A DNA stretch of 64,000 bases from Ruminococcaceae bacterium UBA7127 (GTDB lineage Bacteria; Bacillota; Clostridia; Oscillospirales; Acutalibacteraceae): the NCBI GenBank assembly GCA_002493005.1, contig DKXL01000029.1:30789-94788 (forward strand), given 5' to 3'. Below, one piece after another: positions 10,732 to 20,218 of the stretch; position 1 is the first letter of the stretch; every line of letters starts with the position of its first letter. A program made the position numbers and the translations under genes. The notes beneath the pieces are model-generated. The model did no database searches and was not told where the DNA came from. It was given only the letters and a program-made list of their open reading frames with translations.

Positions 10732-12750
10732 TTGGATAATAAAAAGAAAATGCGCAATCTGTTAATTTATCTTGGTATTCCAATTTTAATAATTATTGCA
10801 GTAGCGGCATTCTTGAATACGAATAAGGCAGAGAGCCCAAAAACTTCCGACCTTGTGCAATACTTTGTCGAAGACAAGGTGGACAGCTACAAGATTAATT
10901 ATGGTTCGGGTGTGATTGAGATTACGCTCAAGGAGGGAGAAACTGCAATAGTTCCCACCTCACCGTCATCTCAGCCTACTACTGCTGCCCCTACTCAAAG
11001 CACAGATTCTTCAAACTCAAAGCAGGTCAAAAAAAATCAGGTAGTAGTCAAGGGTCAGCTTGCAGATATTCAGCGTTTTCTCGATGATATTGCGCCTTAT
11101 CAGGCATCTGCCGACGAAGCCATTGAATATAACCTGATAAAAGCAAGCGACAATTCGCTGCTTATGGAAATTATTCCGACCGTAATCATTTTTGTTCTGC
11201 TCATTGTTGCATGGATATTTATAATGAAGAAGATGGGCGGCGGTCTTGGCGGCAAGGAAATGAACTTTGGCAAGGCTAAGATTAAAAATACAAACGACGA
11301 AAAGCGCAAGACAACATTTGATGATGTTGCAGGCGCAGATGAAGAAAAGGAAGAGCTTGCTGAGGTGGTTGAATTTCTTAAGGCTCCCGATAAGTACAAC
11401 AAGCTCGGCGCAAGAATACCAAAGGGTGTATTGCTTGTAGGCCCTCCGGGAACAGGTAAAACCTTGCTTGCAAGAGCAGTTGCAGGTGAAGCAGGAGTTC
11501 CGTTCTTCTCAATTTCTGGTTCTGACTTTGTTGAAATGTTCGTCGGCGTGGGTGCTTCACGTGTTCGCGACCTGTTTGAACAGGCAAAGAAAAATTCTCC
11601 TTGCATTATATTTATTGACGAGATTGATGCAGTAGGTCGTCAGAGAGGCGCAGGACTCGGCGGCGGCAATGACGAGCGAGAGCAGACTCTTAATCAGCTG
11701 CTTGTTGAAATGGACGGCTTTGGTGCAAATGAAGGTGTAATTCTTATTGCGGCAACCAACAGACCCGATGTTCTTGATCCGGCACTTATGCGTCCGGGCA
11801 GATTTGACCGCCAGGTAATTGTAAGTTATCCTGATGTTAACGGACGTGAGGCAATTCTTAAGGTACATGCACGCAAAAAACCGCTTGCTCCTGATGTAAA
11901 ACTCAAGACGATTGCAAAAACCACAGCAGGCTTTACAGGCGCAGACCTTGAAAATCTTCTCAACGAGGCGGCTTTGCTTGCGGCTCGCAAAAATAAAAAA
12001 GCTATTACAATGGACGAAATCAAAGAAGCAACAGTTAAGGTTGTTGTAGGCGCTGAGAAAAAGTCAAAGGTTATGAGCGACAAGGAAAAGAAACTTACCG
12101 CGTACCACGAGGCAGGACACGCAATTCTCTTTGATAAACTTTCTACTCAGGACCCTGTTCACGAAATCTCCATTATTCCGCGCGGTATGGCAGGCGGTTA
12201 CACAATGCCGCTTCCAAGCGAGGATAAATCGTACAATTCACGCAATGAGATGCTTGAAGATATCGTAGTATGTCTTGGCGGCCGTGTGGCTGAAGCACTT
12301 ATTCTTGATGATATTTCAACAGGTGCGTCAAATGATATTGAAAAAGCTACAAAGACGGCACGTTCTATGGTAACCAAATACGGTATGACCAAGGAGCTTG
12401 GCTGTGTTTGCTACGGAGCTGATAACGGCGCTGTGTTCCTCGGCAGAGATATGGCTCGTTCTCAGGATTATTCCGAGGCAACTGCTGCCAAGATTGACGA
12501 GCTTGTACTTGCAATCGTTAATGATGCATACGACAAGGCTGAGAAGATTCTTGGTGAAAACATTGATAAGCTTCACGATATAGCCGCATATCTTATTAAA
12601 CACGAAAAGATGGGCAGCGAGGACTTTGAGGCTGTAATGAACGGCACTTATGTTGAGCCTGAAGAGGTTGAAGAAGCAGAGGAAGAAGTTACAACCGATA
12701 ATACGGCTGAAAATACTGACGATTCCAACACTTCATCTACAGAAGAATAA
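10732..12750 (+). CDS. ftsH: ATP-dependent zinc metalloprotease FtsH
   Basis: 2 [21 protein letters not shown]. Confidence 0.97.
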   Translation: MDNKKKMRNLLIYLGIPILIIIAVAAFLNTNKAESPKTSDLVQYFVEDKVDSYKINYGSGVIEITLKEGETAIVPTSPSSQPTTAAPTQSTDSSNSKQVKKNQVVVKGQLADIQRFLDDIAPYQASADEAIEYNLIKASDNSLLMEIIPTVIIFVLLIVAWIFIMKKMGGGLGGKEMNFGKAKIKNTNDEKRKTTFDDVAGADEEKEELAEVVEFLKAPDKYNKLGARIPKGVLLVGPPGTGKTLLARAVAGEAGVPFFSISGSDFVEMFVGVGASRVRDLFEQAKKNSPCIIFIDEIDAVGRQRGAGLGGGNDEREQTLNQLLVEMDGFGANEGVILIAATNRPDVLDPALMRPGRFDRQVIVSYPDVNGREAILKVHARKKPLAPDVKLKTIAKTTAGFTGADLENLLNEAALLAARKNKKAITMDEIKEATVKVVVGAEKKSKVMSDKEKKLTAYHEAGHAILFDKLSTQDPVHEISIIPRGMAGGYTMPLPSEDKSYNSRNEMLEDIVVCLGGRVAEALILDDISTGASNDIEKATKTARSMVTKYGMTKELGCVCYGADNGAVFLGRDMARSQDYSEATAAKIDELVLAIVNDAYDKAEKILGENIDKLHDIAAYLIKHEKMGSEDFEAVMNGTYVEPEEVEEAEEEVTTDNTAENTDDSNTSSTEE

Positions 12751-12757
12751 TTAATGA

Positions 12758-12785
12758 ACATAGCCTCTCGTTTGAGAGGCTATGT
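12758..12785 (+). terminator. Terminator after ftsH
   Basis: ACATAGCCTCTC-GTTT-GAGAGGCTATGT 12-bp stem. Confidence 0.65.
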
Positions 12786-12939
12786 GTAATTTTTAATTTC
12801 TGCAAACCTGATGTACATACACTGAATAGTAGCATTTGAACTATTAGTCGCAAGTCGGTGTTGCCTGAAATATATAAAAGAAACATTGCAGAACGAGTTA
12901 GATAAACAGACATAATTTTAAGATAAAGGGTAGATAAAA

Positions 12940-15762
12940 ATGGCTCAGGAAAAAATAGTTGTGAGGGGAGCAAAAGAGCATAACCTCAAAAATATAGATG
13001 TTGAAATTCCGCGCAACAAGCTGGTTGTTATTACCGGATTGTCGGGTTCGGGCAAAAGCTCGCTTGCCTTTGATACAATTTATGCCGAGGGTCAGCGCAG
13101 ATATGTTGAAAGCCTTTCTTCGTATGCAAGAATGTTTCTCGGACAGATGGATAAGCCGAATGTTGAGAGTATAGAAGGACTTTCGCCTGCTATTTCCATC
13201 GATCAAAAGACCACGTCCAAAAATCCTCGTTCAACTGTCGGAACAGTTACCGAAATTTATGATTATCTCAGACTTCTTTATGCACGTATTGGTGTTCCTC
13301 ACTGTACAGTATGCGGTAAAGAAATCCGTCAGCAGACAATAGACCAGATTGTTGACAAGATAATGACTTATGAAACAGGCACTAAGATTCAGGTGTTAGC
13401 TCCTGTGGTAAAGGGACGCAAGGGTGAACACGCCAAGGTGATTGATAGTGCAAGAAAGTCAGGCTATGTGCGTGCAAGAGTTGACGGAATTGTATACGAT
13501 TTATCGGAGAAAATCCCATTAGAGAAAAATAAAAAGCATAATATTGATATAATAATTGACCGTCTTGTAATTAAGCCTGAGATAACATCAAGACTTGCTG
13601 ACAGCATAGAAACTGCGTCAAAGCTTTGCGGCGGACTGGCTGTTGTGAATTTTAACGGTGAAGAGGATGTCACTTTTTCTCAAAAATATGCCTGTCCCGA
13701 GCACGGCGTAAGCATAGATGATTTGTCACCTCGTATGTTCTCGTTTAACAATCCGTTTGGAGCATGTCCAAGATGCACCGGACTTGGTGTGTTCCTTAAA
13801 ATTGACGAGAACAAAATAGTCCCCGATATGGAAAAAAGTATAAAGGACGGCGCAATCAAAGGCAGCGGTTGGGCTATGGAGGGCAGCTCCATTGCGGCAA
13901 TGTACTTTGAGGCGCTTTCAAAAAAGTATAAATTTTCACTTTCGGAGCCGCTAAAAAACATTCCAAGGGAAACTCTTGACAAAATACTTTACGGTACAGG
14001 TGATGAAAAGCTGACGATTAACCGAAAATCGGTCTATGGCAGCGGCACCTATGAACAGCCGTTTGAGGGTATTATCAATAACCTTGACCGCCGTTATAGA
14101 GAAACAAGCAGTAACTGGATTAAGGATGAAATACGTTCATATATGACTGAAATTCCCTGTGATGAATGTCACGGTAATCGTCTGTCAAAGGAGAGTTTGG
14201 CTGTAACCGTTGGTAATGTTAACATATCTGACTTTTGTAAAATGTCTGTTGTTGATGCACTCAGCTTTGTCAAAGGACTTGAGCTTACTGAAAAAGAGCA
14301 GATTATCGGTTCGGAAATCATCAAGGAAATCATTGAAAGACTTAATTTTCTCAGGAGCGTCGGACTTGGCTACCTTACACTTTCAAGAAGCTCAGGTACG
14401 CTGAGCGGCGGTGAAAGTCAGCGCATCCGCCTGGCAACTCAGATAGGCAGTTCGCTTATGGGCGTGCTGTATATTCTTGACGAGCCGAGTATAGGGCTTC
14501 ACCAGCGTGACAATGAAAAATTACTTTCAACGCTCAAGCGCTTGCGTGATCTTGGAAATACCGTGATTGTCGTTGAGCACGATGAGGACACGATGTATGC
14601 GGCGGACTGCATTGTTGACGTGGGACCTGGGGCAGGAATACACGGCGGTGAAATAGTCTGTGTGGGAGATGTTGACAAAATTAAGGAATGTCAAGGCTCT
14701 GTTACCGGTCAGTATCTAAGCGGTCAAAGGTGTGTTCCCGTTCCGCAAAAGCGCAGAAAGGGCAATGGATTAAAGCTTGAAATCAAGGGTGCGGCGCAGA
14801 ACAATCTTAAAAATATCGATGTCAAGCTTCCTCTTGGCGAGTTAGTCTGTATAACCGGTGTGTCGGGTTCGGGAAAAAGCTCACTGATTAATGAGATTTT
14901 GTACAAGGTACTTGCAAGGGATTTGAACAGGGCTAAAACAACACCCGGCAAGCATAAAGCAATAAAGGGCATAGAAAATCTTGACAAAGTTATAGCTATC
15001 GACCAAAGCCCCATAGGCAGAACACCCCGCTCAAACCCTGCAACCTACACAGGGTTATTTACTGATATACGCACATTGTTTGCCACTACTCAGGATGCAA
15101 AAATGCGCGGATATACTCCGAGCCGGTTTTCTTTTAATGTCAAGGGCGGCAGATGTGAGGCATGTCAGGGCGACGGTATAATTAAAATTGAAATGCATTT
15201 TTTGTCTGACGTTTATGTTCCCTGCGAGGTTTGTAAGGGTAAGCGCTATAATCGTGAAACCCTTGAAGTCAAGTACAAGGGCAAGTCAATTAATGATGTG
15301 CTTGAAATGTCGGTGGAAGAGGGAATGGAATTTTTTGCAAATGTTCCCAAAATCGCACGAAAGCTAAAGACCTTGTTCGATGTGGGGCTTGGTTATATCA
15401 AGCTCGGACAGCCTGCAACTACGCTCTCTGGCGGTGAGGCTCAGCGTGTTAAACTTGCAACCGAGCTTTCAAAGCGAAGCACAGGCAAGACGATTTATAT
15501 TCTTGATGAGCCGACAACAGGACTTCATATTGCTGACGTTCACAGACTTGTGGATGTGCTTCAGCTTCTTGTTGACAGCGGCAACACTGTTGTTGTTATT
15601 GAGCATAATCTTGACTTGATTAAGACAGCCGACCATATAATTGACCTCGGACCCGAGGGCGGCGAAATGGGAGGACAGATTATAGCGCAGGGTACTCCCG
15701 AGCAGGTTGCAAAGGTAGAAGAGTCTTTTACAGGTCAGTATCTTAAGCCGTTATTGAAATGA
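12940..15762 (+). CDS. uvrA: Excinuclease ABC subunit A
   Basis: Two [10 protein letters not shown] Walker A motifs, LSGGE signatures, zinc fingers. Confidence 0.98.
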   Translation: MAQEKIVVRGAKEHNLKNIDVEIPRNKLVVITGLSGSGKSSLAFDTIYAEGQRRYVESLSSYARMFLGQMDKPNVESIEGLSPAISIDQKTTSKNPRSTVGTVTEIYDYLRLLYARIGVPHCTVCGKEIRQQTIDQIVDKIMTYETGTKIQVLAPVVKGRKGEHAKVIDSARKSGYVRARVDGIVYDLSEKIPLEKNKKHNIDIIIDRLVIKPEITSRLADSIETASKLCGGLAVVNFNGEEDVTFSQKYACPEHGVSIDDLSPRMFSFNNPFGACPRCTGLGVFLKIDENKIVPDMEKSIKDGAIKGSGWAMEGSSIAAMYFEALSKKYKFSLSEPLKNIPRETLDKILYGTGDEKLTINRKSVYGSGTYEQPFEGIINNLDRRYRETSSNWIKDEIRSYMTEIPCDECHGNRLSKESLAVTVGNVNISDFCKMSVVDALSFVKGLELTEKEQIIGSEIIKEIIERLNFLRSVGLGYLTLSRSSGTLSGGESQRIRLATQIGSSLMGVLYILDEPSIGLHQRDNEKLLSTLKRLRDLGNTVIVVEHDEDTMYAADCIVDVGPGAGIHGGEIVCVGDVDKIKECQGSVTGQYLSGQRCVPVPQKRRKGNGLKLEIKGAAQNNLKNIDVKLPLGELVCITGVSGSGKSSLINEILYKVLARDLNRAKTTPGKHKAIKGIENLDKVIAIDQSPIGRTPRSNPATYTGLFTDIRTLFATTQDAKMRGYTPSRFSFNVKGGRCEACQGDGIIKIEMHFLSDVYVPCEVCKGKRYNRETLEVKYKGKSINDVLEMSVEEGMEFFANVPKIARKLKTLFDVGLGYIKLGQPATTLSGGEAQRVKLATELSKRSTGKTIYILDEPTTGLHIADVHRLVDVLQLLVDSGNTVVVIEHNLDLIKTADHIIDLGPEGGEMGGQIIAQGTPEQVAKVEESFTGQYLKPLLK

Positions 15763-15951
15763 AAACATAAAACTCAATTTTAAAACCACAGATTTATAAG
15801 TGGGTTTAACCCTTACAATGTTTTATTCTTCCCTTGCAGGCTGTAGATTTTTTGGAATATATAAGCACATCTTTGTGCTATAATAAGTTTTATGTCCGCA
15901 AAGAAATTTGATTTTGCATTTTTCAGAATATATACTGAAAATGAAAGGAAA

Positions 15952-16596
15952 ATGATTATGCCATTTGATTATAAGAAAGAATACAAAGAATTTTATATGC
16001 CACCCAAAAAACCGAGTATTGTAAATGTGCCGTCTATGAATTACATTGCAGTTCGAGGAAAGGGTAATCCTAATGATGAAGATGGTGAATATAAGGCGTC
16101 GATTGGTTTACTTTACGGAATTGCTTTTACCATAAAAATGAGTTACAAAGGTAATTACAAGATTGATGGTTATTTTGAATATGTTGTGCCGCCTCTTGAA
16201 GGGTTTTGGTGGCAGAATGGCGTTGATGGTATAGACTATGCCCATAAAGAAAACTTCAACTTTATTTCACTCATTCGCCTGCCTGACTTTGTTACAAAGG
16301 AGGACTTTGATTGGGCAGTTTCTGAAGCAACAAAAAAGAAGAAGACAGATTTTTCCAAAGTAGAGTTTTTCACATATAATGAAGGTGTTTGCGTTCAGTG
16401 TATGCATATCGGTTCCTATGATGATGAGCCTGCTACCATTGCAGCTATGAACGAGTACGCTGAAAAAAACGGATATGAGCTTGACATTACTGACTCTCGC
16501 TTTCATCACGAGATTTACTTATCAGATCCGAGAAGGTGCAACCCTGAAAAACTCAAGACAGTGGTACGTCATCCTATTAAAAAAATTAATTCATAA
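15952..16596 (+). CDS. GyrI-like small-molecule-binding domain protein
   Basis: PFDYKKEYKEFY, VVPPLEGFWW, CVQCMHIGSYDDE, HHEIYLSDPR; start after GAAAGGA. Confidence 0.85.
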   Translation: MIMPFDYKKEYKEFYMPPKKPSIVNVPSMNYIAVRGKGNPNDEDGEYKASIGLLYGIAFTIKMSYKGNYKIDGYFEYVVPPLEGFWWQNGVDGIDYAHKENFNFISLIRLPDFVTKEDFDWAVSEATKKKKTDFSKVEFFTYNEGVCVQCMHIGSYDDEPATIAAMNEYAEKNGYELDITDSRFHHEIYLSDPRRCNPEKLKTVVRHPIKKINS

Positions 16597-16627
16597 TAAT
16601 TGACATATGTTTAGAGGAAATATACTA

Positions 16628-16669
16628 AAAAACGCTCTGCAAGAATTTTGTGTCTTGCAGGGCGTTTTT
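16628..16669 (+). terminator. Intrinsic terminator
   Basis: AAAAACGCTCTGCAAGA...TCTTGCAGGGCGTTTTT. Confidence 0.7.
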
Positions 16670-16762
16670 CTTAAGGCTTGATATATGTAAGAATATTTTT
16701 AGAGAAATTGCGGTGTATAATGCAATTTCTCTTTTTTTGTGCGTATATATGGAGGTGAGAAT

Positions 16763-17005
16763 TTGACGGAGCAGGTTTTAATCACGCTTATATCGTTTGC
16801 AGGTACGCTTGTCGGCTCGCTTGTGGGCATATTTACAGCCTCAAGGCTCTCAGACTACCGTATCGGTCAGCTTGAAAAAAAGGTTGATAAACACAATAAC
16901 CTAATAGAACGAACCTATAATCTTGAAGAACAATCAATTCTTCAGGAGGAGAAAATCAGAGTAATAAATCATCGCATTAATGACCTTGAAGAATATCATA
17001 AATAG
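16763..17005 (+). CDS. Phage-like small membrane protein (N-terminal TM + coiled coil), of the type found before holins
   Basis: TTG start after GGAGGTG; hydrophobic N-terminus, then YRIGQLEKKVDKHNNLIERTY..EKIRVINHRINDLE. Confidence 0.75.
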   Translation: MTEQVLITLISFAGTLVGSLVGIFTASRLSDYRIGQLEKKVDKHNNLIERTYNLEEQSILQEEKIRVINHRINDLEEYHK

Positions 17006-17021
17006 TGAGGGGATTGATATA

Positions 17022-17237
17022 ATGAAAAAGAAAATATTTACAAAAGAATGGGTAAAAGCAGCGGCAGTCAGAGCGCTCAAAACCACAGCACAGGCGGCAC
17101 TCGGTGCAATAGGAGCAACCGCAATGATTACGGATGTTAATTTTTTGTTGATTGTTTCCACAGCGGCAATGGCGGGAATATGCTCAATCTTGACAAGCGT
17201 TGCAGGGCTGCCGGAGGTTTCACAAACAGATGAATAG
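17022..17237 (+). CDS. Holin, phage r1t-like family
   Basis: WVKAAAVRALKTTAQAALGAIG...SILTSVAGLPEV; 71 aa, hydrophobic; upstream of an amidase. Confidence 0.85.
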   Translation: MKKKIFTKEWVKAAAVRALKTTAQAALGAIGATAMITDVNFLLIVSTAAMAGICSILTSVAGLPEVSQTDE

Positions 17238-17315
17238 TGTGGAAATCACACTGTCTAAAACTAAAATTTATATTGCCTGCTTTGTTTGCCGCAAGCTGCA
17301 ACGAGCAATGGCAAG

Positions 17316-17385
17316 TTGCCGTTTACGTCTTATCTGCCCACAATAAGGCGTAAGGATTTTTAATTATGATTTGTGGGCGGAAAGG
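17316..17385 (+). repeat. Structured leader element, copy 1 (candidate RNA pseudoknot)
   Basis: Similar to 20150-20216. P1 17323-17332/17344-17353; P2 17333-17343/17371-17381; ends in the AAAGG RBS of the amidase. Confidence 0.75.
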
Positions 17386-17399
17386 TATGAAAAAATATA

Positions 17400-18170
17400 A
17401 TGTCAAAAAAAATTTATTTGAGTCCATCAAATCAATACAGTAACACCTACGCCACAGGCGGCACTAATGAAATGGCTCAATGCGACAAAATTGCTGAAGC
17501 AACTGCAAAAGCATTAAAAAGATGTGGGTTTGAGGTTAAGGTCGGCAAATCCGGAGATACCATGCAAAACCGCTGTGTTGAAAGCGACAAGTATGGTGCA
17601 GATATTCATATGCCGATTCATACAAACGCTTATAACGGAAAGGTGACAGGTGGCACACGCGTTTTTTGTTTAAATTCTAACGGTAAAAAAGCTGCTGACG
17701 CAGTGCTGAAAAATCTTGGTGCAATTTCGCCGGGTACAGCTGACAGCGTTACCTACCAAACAGGGCTTTATGAAATTAATGTACCAAAAGCACTCTCAGT
17801 TTATGTTGAATGTGAGTTCCACGATACCAAAACAGGTTCGGATTGGATACGTGCAAATACAGGCAAAATAGCCGAATCAATCTGCAAAGGTATTTGTGCT
17901 TACTTCGGTGTGTCCTATAAATCGTCCGACAGCGGCAAAAAGGAAGATACGGACACATCATTTAAGCGATATATCGTGAGAATAACGTCGTCAAACGGCG
18001 TAAATATCCGCAAAGGCCCCGGTACAAACTACGAGATTACAGGTGCAATTCCCAAAGGCGGAGCATACACCATTGTTGAGGAAAAATCAGGCGCAGGTGC
18101 CAAAAAGTGGGGAAAACTTAAAAGCGGCGCAGGTTGGATTTCACTCGATTATACAGAGAAGATAAAATAA
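17400..18170 (+). CDS. N-acetylmuramoyl-L-alanine amidase (Amidase_3) with C-terminal SH3-like domain, endolysin-like
   Basis: IYLSPSNQ..NE..IHTNA..YVECEFHD; C-terminal NIRKGPGTNY..WGKLKSGAGWISLDY; no signal peptide. Confidence 0.88.
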   Translation: MSKKIYLSPSNQYSNTYATGGTNEMAQCDKIAEATAKALKRCGFEVKVGKSGDTMQNRCVESDKYGADIHMPIHTNAYNGKVTGGTRVFCLNSNGKKAADAVLKNLGAISPGTADSVTYQTGLYEINVPKALSVYVECEFHDTKTGSDWIRANTGKIAESICKGICAYFGVSYKSSDSGKKEDTDTSFKRYIVRITSSNGVNIRKGPGTNYEITGAIPKGGAYTIVEEKSGAGAKKWGKLKSGAGWISLDYTEKIK

Positions 18171-18204
18171 GATTATATTATCAGTTTTACCGAAAAACAG
18201 TAAA

Positions 18205-18240
18205 CGCAAAACAGACCGTCTTACGACGGTCTGTTTTGCG
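18205..18240 (+). terminator. Intrinsic terminator after the amidase
   Basis: CGCAAAACAGACCGTC-TTAC-GACGGTCTGTTTTGCG 16-bp perfect stem. Confidence 0.8.
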
Positions 18241-18649
18241 ATTGTGTGTTTTATGAAAATGTATGTTTCAATATGAAGCAAACATTTTTGCCAAAATCAA
18301 ATGAATTTCACATTCATTGCTACTTATTATACAACCAAATTTAACAAAATTCAAGGCGAAAACTGACGATTTGTCCTTTTCTAACAGAAAGAACGACACA
18401 TTGCACAAAATATCGAATGCGATTTTGTTGATTATTTTTTTCAAAATTGAGATTTTTCAACTAAATCTTAAATTGACTAAAACGTGCCTGTACAAAACTA
18501 ACAAAAAATGAAGACGTTTATTATGCAAATGTCAGTATTACGAACTTTTATGGCTAAAATAAAGTTTCTAAACTTTACAATAGTCAAATTTTTATTCATT
18601 TTTGCAAAGTCCTGACAATGGGACAGTCGCCGTCTACTGTTCTGAAAAT

Positions 18650-18691
18650 CGAACAAATGTTCTTGATTTATTCTGATATTGCTTATATAAT
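18650..18691 (+). promoter_or_regulatory. LexA (SOS/Cheo) box abutting a sigma-A promoter
   Basis: CGAACAAATGTTCT (18650-18663) versus Firmicutes consensus CGAACRNRYGTTCG; TTGATT(18663)-17 nt-TATAAT(18686-18691). Confidence 0.8.
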
Positions 18692-18763
18692 TAAATTAGG
18701 AGCTAAGAAATGCCCCGTCTTGAGCACCTATATAAAGATTGATGTGGAAGAAAGGAATATTGA

Positions 18764-18970
18764 ATGGATTATTATAATTGGTCACTTGAATATGAAGACA
18801 CAGCAAACTCTATTGCTGATGTAATAGAAAAGTTAAAAGCCTCCAAAAATGGCAAAACTGAAACTCAACGAAAGGAAATTGATTTAAAAATAGCTACATA
18901 TAGAACCTATTACAATGAATGTAAGCAAATTGCAAATCACCTGATGGCAAGATATGAGGGAGTGGGATAA
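18764..18970 (+). CDS. Small helical hypothetical protein
   Basis: 68 aa, GAAAGGA RBS, translationally coupled (TAATG) to the next gene. Confidence 0.75.
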   Translation: MDYYNWSLEYEDTANSIADVIEKLKASKNGKTETQRKEIDLKIATYRTYYNECKQIANHLMARYEGVG

Positions 18971-19266
18971 TGAGAAATGACATAGTTCACTTTAATGATG
19001 ATAACGCAAGACAGCTTTTTTTTGATAATTATAATTTTTTCGGTGCAACAAATGATTCAAGCAGAAGCAAGATGAAGAAGATATTGTTTAAAGCAATCGA
19101 CACCGAGCTTACTGCAAAGCAAAAGAAATGTATGATAGATTATTATCTTATGAATAAAAAGGAGAAAGATATTGCAGCTGAGCTTGGCGTAAACCCATCT
19201 ACTGTCTCGCGCCATATCACGCTTGCTAAGAAAAAGCTCAGGCATATTGCCTCTTATTATATGTAA
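18970..19266 (+). CDS. Stand-alone sigma-70 region 4 / HTH protein
   Basis: LTAKQKKCMIDYY..KEKDIAAELGVNPSTVSRHITLAKKKL; no region 2 in 98 aa. Confidence 0.85.
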   Translation: MRNDIVHFNDDNARQLFFDNYNFFGATNDSSRSKMKKILFKAIDTELTAKQKKCMIDYYLMNKKEKDIAAELGVNPSTVSRHITLAKKKLRHIASYYM

Positions 19267-19269
19267 ATT

Positions 19270-19881
19270 TTATTTTATTTCAAATTCCGGCAAATACCAA
19301 AGCAGAGCATCTTCAGCAGTGGCACCGTTTTTGCACAGATAATTTACTCCGTTAATGCTAACACCGACGCATTTGGCGTCCTCGCTGAAATCGGAGCAAT
19401 AACAGTCCCACGGCGATGCAACAGATTGCAGATAGCTGTAATCGTCGCTTTGTACGGTTGCACCGTTTGAAACAGGTGAAAAGGGAATATATAACGCTTT
19501 GCGATTAATGCAAAGCGTTTTTTCTTTTGCATAATCTGCCGCCTTTTTGATTTGCGAATAAATCTCTTTCATACTGCCCGAGGTGTTTTCCTCTATCAGA
19601 TAATCTTCGTCACTAAAGCTGTTCGGATTGACCTTATAATTTGTGTTGAGAATTATAGCCAGTGCCTTTAGGGCTTCGGTACTGTAGCTTTTATCGTATT
19701 TTGCAGCAAGAAGTGCGCACAATGTTTTGCCGTAATCTTCATTATCAATAGGCTTTTTGGGGGTGTCGGCAGTTGACATTGTACTTGTGCTTGTGTTGTT
19801 ATCACTGCATTTTGCTGCTGCAAAAGGGAGCAAAGCCATAAGAATAAACATCAGAATAAGCGCAATGATTTTTTCCTTCAT
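19270..19881 (-). CDS. Short SpoIID/LytB-like exported protein, probably catalytically inactive
   Basis: N-terminal TM/signal; EALKALAII, YLQSVASPWD and GVSINGVNYLCKNG..L.WY match SpoIID blocks. Confidence 0.7.
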   Translation of the reverse strand: MKEKIIALILMFILMALLPFAAAKCSDNNTSTSTMSTADTPKKPIDNEDYGKTLCALLAAKYDKSYSTEALKALAIILNTNYKVNPNSFSDEDYLIEENTSGSMKEIYSQIKKAADYAKEKTLCINRKALYIPFSPVSNGATVQSDDYSYLQSVASPWDCYCSDFSEDAKCVGVSINGVNYLCKNGATAEDALLWYLPEFEIK

Positions 19882-19947
19882 TATAATACACCTTTATTTC
19901 ATACAAAAAATTAGTTAAACTATTGCCAATTTGTGGCTTAATTATCC

Positions 19948-19976
19948 TTGACATAATGATTTAATTAGCTTAAAAT
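19948..19976 (+). promoter_or_regulatory. Sigma-A promoter giving a ~235-nt 5' leader to the membrane protein gene
   Basis: TTGACA-17 nt-TAAAAT. Confidence 0.65.
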
Positions 19977-20149
19977 AATATATGATTTAATATTTATGAA
20001 AATTACTTAAGTAACTGCTGATTAATTTTGACTGCTAAACAAATGACCGGATTTTGCAGTGAATTATTCAGAATTTGCTTAAATTGCATTTTTCGGATTT
20101 ATACTGCCATTTAAAATTATGTCTGTTTTTAATCGGATATCGGTATAAA

Positions 20150-20216
20150 TTGCCATTTACGCCTTATCTGCTCACATTAAGGTTGTAAATTTTTTATTTA
20201 TTTGTGGGCGGAAAGG
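20150..20216 (+). repeat. Structured leader element, copy 2 (candidate RNA pseudoknot)
   Basis: P1 20156-20166/20178-20189; P2 20167-20176/20203-20212; ends GGAAAGG just before ATG 20219. Confidence 0.75.
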
Positions 20217-20218
20217 CT

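Noticed and set aside
12837-12850. Possible LexA box upstream of uvrA (TGAACTATTAGTCG)
   Set aside because: Biologically expected, but the right half-site deviates (AGTC versus GTTC), so it is too weak to call.
18317-18824. ORFs 18317..18511 and 18618..18824
   Set aside because: No RBS, and AT-rich chance frames; the second spans the promoter/LexA box and overlaps the better-supported ORF at 18764.
15763-19900. Intact prophage or integrative element
   Set aside because: No integrase, terminase, capsid, tail or replication genes, and I saw no att-like direct repeats.
17316-20216. The duplicated element as a CRISPR repeat or IS end
   Set aside because: Only two diverged copies 2.8 kb apart in the same orientation, with no spacers, cas genes or transposase.
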